Origin: Chrysomallon squamiferum
Taxonomy: Eukaryota > Animalia > Mollusca
Assembly (NCBI GenBank): GCA_012295275.1
Contig: CM022666.1
Span: forward strand, 372,001 to 436,000
DNA: 64,000 nucleotides
Reading direction: 5' to 3'
Shown: positions 59,367 through 64,000 of the stretch, in pieces
Layout: every line of letters begins with the position of its first letter
Position numbering within the stretch: position 1 is the stretch's first letter
Notes under the pieces: model-generated
Databases searched by the model: none
Seen by the model: only the letters and a program-made list of their open reading frames with translations
Told to the model about the DNA's origin: nothing
Program-made: the position numbers and the translations under genes

Positions 59367-60232
59367 TACGATTCACCTATTTTCTGCATACATCAAACAT
59401 GTAAAACACTGATATCTAAGTACTGTACTGTACTACGATTCACCTATTTACTGCATACATCAAACATGTAAAACACTGATATCTAAGTACTGTACTGTAC
59501 TACGATTAACCTATTTGCTGCATACATCAAACATGTAAAACACTGATATCTAAGTACTGTACTGTACTACGATTAACCTATTTGCTGCATACATCAAACA
59601 TGTAAAACACTGATATCTAAGTACTGTACTGTACTGTACTGTACTACTGATATCTAAGTACTGTACTGTACTGTACTACGATTAACCTATTAACCTATTT
59701 GCTGCATACATCAAACATGTAAAACACTGATATCTAAGTACTGTACTGTACTACGATTCACCTATTTGCTGCATACATCAAACATGTAAAACACTGATAT
59801 CTAAGTACTGTACTGTACTACGATTCACCTATTTGCTGCATACATCAAACATGTAAAACACTGATATCTAAGTACTGTACTATACTGTACTACGATTAAC
59901 CTATTTGCTGCATACATCAAACATGTAAAACACTGATATCTAAGTACTGTACTGTACTACGATTAACCTATTTGCTGCATACATCAAACATGTAAAACAC
60001 TGATATCTAAGTACTGTACTGTACTACGATTAACCTATTTGCTGCATACATCAAACATGTAAAACACTGATATCTAAGTACTGTACTGTACTGTACTACG
60101 ATTAACCTATTTGCTGCATACATCAAACATGTAAAACACTGATATCTAAGTACTGTACTGTACTACGATTAACCTATTTGCTGCATACATCAAACATGTA
60201 AAACACTAATATATAAGTACTGTACTGTACTA
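59367..60232. repeat. 67-bp minisatellite, about 12-13 copies
   Basis: Unit tacgattaacctatttgctgcatacatcaaacatgtaaaacactgatatctaagtactgtactgtac with a variable actgt count. Confidence 0.97.
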
Positions 60233-60334
60233 GTTTGTCTCTGACTCTCAATATGCGCCTCTACTGAATCTATGCGAACGTTGGGTGATTGAAAAAGTTG
60301 TGAGCTTTTAACGTATGAATGTTTATTCATCGTG

Positions 60335-60590
60335 CTTGTGTCACTGTACATCTTACTTGTGTCACTGTACGTCTTACTTGTGTCACTGTACATCTTACTT
60401 GTGTCACTGTACAACTTACTTGTGTCACTGTACATCTTACGTGTGTCACTGTAACAACTTACTTGTGTCACTGTACATCTTACCTGTGTCACTGTACAAC
60501 TTACTTGTGTCACTGTACATCTTACGTGTGTCACTGTACAACTTACTTGTGTCACTGTACATCTTACTTGTGTCACTGTATAAAAGTTAC
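60335..60590. repeat. 21-bp minisatellite, about 11 copies
   Basis: Unit cttacttgtgtcactgtaca(t/a). Confidence 0.95.
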
Positions 60591-60754
60591 CATCGTGGCT
60601 GGTCTCCAACTTGCTAAACATTTGTCAGAAAAGGAGCAGTGAACAAATAAAATGTTAAAAACATCTGCAATCTACAGGAGAAAACTGATGAAGGATTTCG
60701 AAATTACGGGACATTTTTAATCACTGCTGCAAATGTTTTTTATTTTTTTTTTTT

Positions 60755-60821
<67 letters not shown>

Positions 60822-61551
60822 TTATTAATATATATATTTTTTTTATTCCCCATAGGATAATCTCTTTATATTTGCTTCAGTTATTTCATTCTCAGTGAAC
60901 TCGTAATTCCTGATTATCATTAACGTTAACAGCGACAGTGTCAGATTTGAAGAATTTCAAAAATTAAAAACGAAGGCATTATTCTACCATTTCATTGTGT
61001 GGTATATGATCAATGTGCTTATCCAGCATCCAAAACACAAACCAATTAGCGTTTGAACCCGGTGCACCAGTGTCGAGTCAGGTGTTGTTTGTAATAACCG
61101 TTCTATTAATAGTTTTATTCCGACAGACACGTAACAACTGTCTCGTTTGTTTTGTCTGCTTCGTCTGTCCCTCTAAATCTGTCAGCGGATCGCTGATCTT
61201 ATGGTGGAAATCACAAAGAACATACAAAAGAAATGGCGGAGCTAAATCGCGCCCGCTAATGAGTTACGATGTAGAAAAACACGTAACACGTTTGTCAGAA
61301 CGGAGATGAAAACGGGATAAGTGGAGTAAATGATGACTAAACGTTTCTGTGATCAGTCAAACTGTTACCTTAGTGAACCGTACGTAGTCCAATACGATGG
61401 AATAGCATGGCTTCTTTCAGGCTTTATATTTTTAATTGTATATATATATATATATATTAATTATTATTAAAACAAAAATTAATCTGTGTTCGTTATTAAT
61501 AACAAGTACATTACAACAAGACAAGTCTTTTAAAAATATATATATATATAT

Positions 61552-61586
<35 letters not shown>

Positions 61587-61865
61587 TAGAGATACTCACA
61601 TTTAAAACATTTAAATGTTGAATCAATATTTACGTAATTATGTATTTTATATCTGAATACTAAAATCTTCATTTAGTGTACGTACGCAGTCTGTTTTAAT
61701 ATTTAAATATTTTCTCTACATTATGTATTATTTTTTTAATACTAAATTGTATTAGTGTATTTTTTCTGCGCTATATATTTCAAAACTCAAATCTACATTG
61801 ATATATGCATTACATATATTGTCTGCGTTATACGTATGTATTTAAATACTAAATCAGCATTAACG

Positions 61866-62241
61866 AATGAATTAAGTATTTTGTCTACGTTACGTATTTA
61901 AATACAAAATCTACACACATGTATGAATTAAGTATTTCCTCAGCGTTACGTATTTAAATACAAAATCTACACACACGTATGAATTAAGTATTTTCGTCTA
62001 TGTTACGTATTTAAATACAAAATCTACACATACGTATGAATTAAGTATTTCGTCTATGTTACGTATTTAAATACAAAATCTACACACACGTATGAATTAA
62101 GTATTTTGTCTATGTTACGTATTTAAATACAAAATCTACACATACGTATGAATTAAGTATTTCCTCTACGTTACGTATTTAAATACAAAATCTACACACG
62201 TATGAATTAAGTATTTCCTCTACGTTACGTGTTTAAATACA
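61866..62241. repeat. ~56-bp minisatellite, about 6-7 copies, containing the palindrome GTATTTAAATAC
   Basis: Unit ttacgtatttaaatacaaaatctacacacacgtatgaattaagtattt(c)gtctatg. Confidence 0.92.
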
Positions 62242-64000
62242 ACACAGAATGTTATCTCGCTGCATGTCGCTTTGACTGCGGGGATGTTATTGTTCATTAA
62301 GAGCGAGTAAAGCAACAATCAGCGCAGATTGAATTTCACACAGCGGCAGACACGTTAGATCTTCCCGCCATTGTCCGCATGTGTTTGTACATCCGGCAGC
62401 CGTCAGTCAGTGCGATAAGATTAATTTAATTCTGGCCACTTTGCTCGAGCCAGTCCCCGCATTTATGTACTCTGCCTCCCTCCATCAGCGTCTTGTCCCT
62501 TTACTTACAGTTTGTCTCTTTTCTTGTCTTCGTGTTTGACTCTTAACTTATTTGTCTGTGTGCGAGCTTATCAATTGGCTTTTTTTTTTTTTTACTTCAC
62601 TGTTGTCTGTCTGTATTTTCCAATAGTCCGCCTGTCTGTTTGTTTGTCTGTTCCTCTGTTTGTTTGTCTGATTTCTTTCTCTGTCCAAAATACAGCTGTA
62701 GGCTGAAGTTTGGTGGGAAGTTTGAGCTTCATTCTTTAAAGTAAATAATGTTTAACTTATTTCAATAACTTTAGTGTACCATTGAGAATGTATGAGCTGT
62801 TATTTCATTCCTTCTCTCTAACTAACTTCCTAACAAATTAACACTTTTATATAATACGTTGTTTCTTCTAACTCGTACCTACTAACTCAGCTACCTACTA
62901 ACTCAGTTACCTACTTGTTATGTATATCTTGTTTTTCCTAACCCGTTAACACATAAACACTGTCCTAAACAAAACTCTCTTTTTAAATTCTAATTTGTAT
63001 ATGCTAATACACCTAGCTGTTATTCAGGATATATAACTACCCTTCTAATACTTTTAAAACAACACATTTTTTCTCTTCTAATTCTTACGTCTTAATGTGT
63101 CTATCCAACAGTTACTGAAGAGATACACAAAACATTATGTTCTTTCTCCTGCCCTACTAACCTTTTAACTAACTGACAATCAGAATCATTCATCCATGTC
63201 GGATGTACTTGAATCTTCATCGGATTTTAAGCCGAACCATTCAGTTTGAATGATAATAGTGAGGCAAGTTATTTGAATATCTCTGAATTGTTTTACTAAC
63301 AACAGTTAATTCTTTTTTCTTTTTTTTTTCATTTTCTTTTTTCAAATTCTTCTCTTTTTTTATGTAAACTCATAAAGATTTTACCTACATACAAATAAAC
63401 AAAGCTTTTTGTTTTTAGCGTTTGTTTCATCCAAGCAGCATAAAAACAAAAACGATTCGTTTTTCATGACGGTGCTAATGGTGGTGAGTGAAATGAAAAT
63501 AATAACAAAGCGAGAAGAACAATCAGCTTTGTCCCGTTACACTTATATCTAGATTAGTGGAAACTTTGTTCTTTTCCTTTCTTTTATCATTTTGTTTCAT
63601 TTTTATATTGTTGTTTTTTTCTTTGGAAGTAAAGAACTGATTGTAGGACAAAAAAACGAGGCGTCTTCAGTTAGTCAGACAAAACAAACCAACAACCAAA
63701 TTGCAGCGTGTAGTAACCATAGCAGTATCAGTAACTTGTGTAATACCACGTTTTAATATACATAATACGTACATATATACATTCATACATAGAAACTAAA
63801 TTTTGTATGTGCACGTATGTGGAAGAAATAGCAATAACAGAAATAGATGTATGTATGTACGTCTGTATGTATGTATGTATGTAGGTATATATGTATGTAT
63901 GTATGTATGTATGTCTGTATGTATGTATGTAGGTATGTATGTAGGTATGTATGTAGGTATGTACGTCTGTATGTATTTATGTATGAATGTATGTACGTAT

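Noticed and set aside
59367-60232. CRISPR-like regular array
   Set aside because: The units are contiguous with no unique spacers, there are no cas genes, and the context is eukaryotic.

Overview
AT-rich, microsatellite-dense animal genomic DNA; an invertebrate, probably a mollusc, is inferred from repeat style and gene families and not proven. I could assemble four spliced minus-strand genes by hand. (1) A compact SLC16/MCT-family transporter, CDS 8685->1788, about 448 aa. (2) An SLC22/OCT-family transporter, CDS 26920->18500, about 522 aa if a 1-nt frameshift at ~22617-22620 is corrected. (3, 4) Two tandem paralogs of a secreted C-type lectin + antistasin-like protein (30399->27939 and 39911->36876), lying in a duplicated block (~27515-36320 and ~36435-42620). 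The lectin pair differs more in parts of its exons than in nearby intron sequence, and both proteins end in [VI][VI]G-stop. A recurrent oddity is that several minisatellites are tandem copies of the adjacent functional signal: an MCT splice acceptor, the SLC22 exon-1 donor, a pseudo-exon acceptor, a candidate donor and a candidate CRE/TATA core. From ~43 kb onward there is no convincing coding sequence, only satellites, promoter-like motif clusters and orphan exon candidates. Most ORFs in the supplied track are repeat artefacts.
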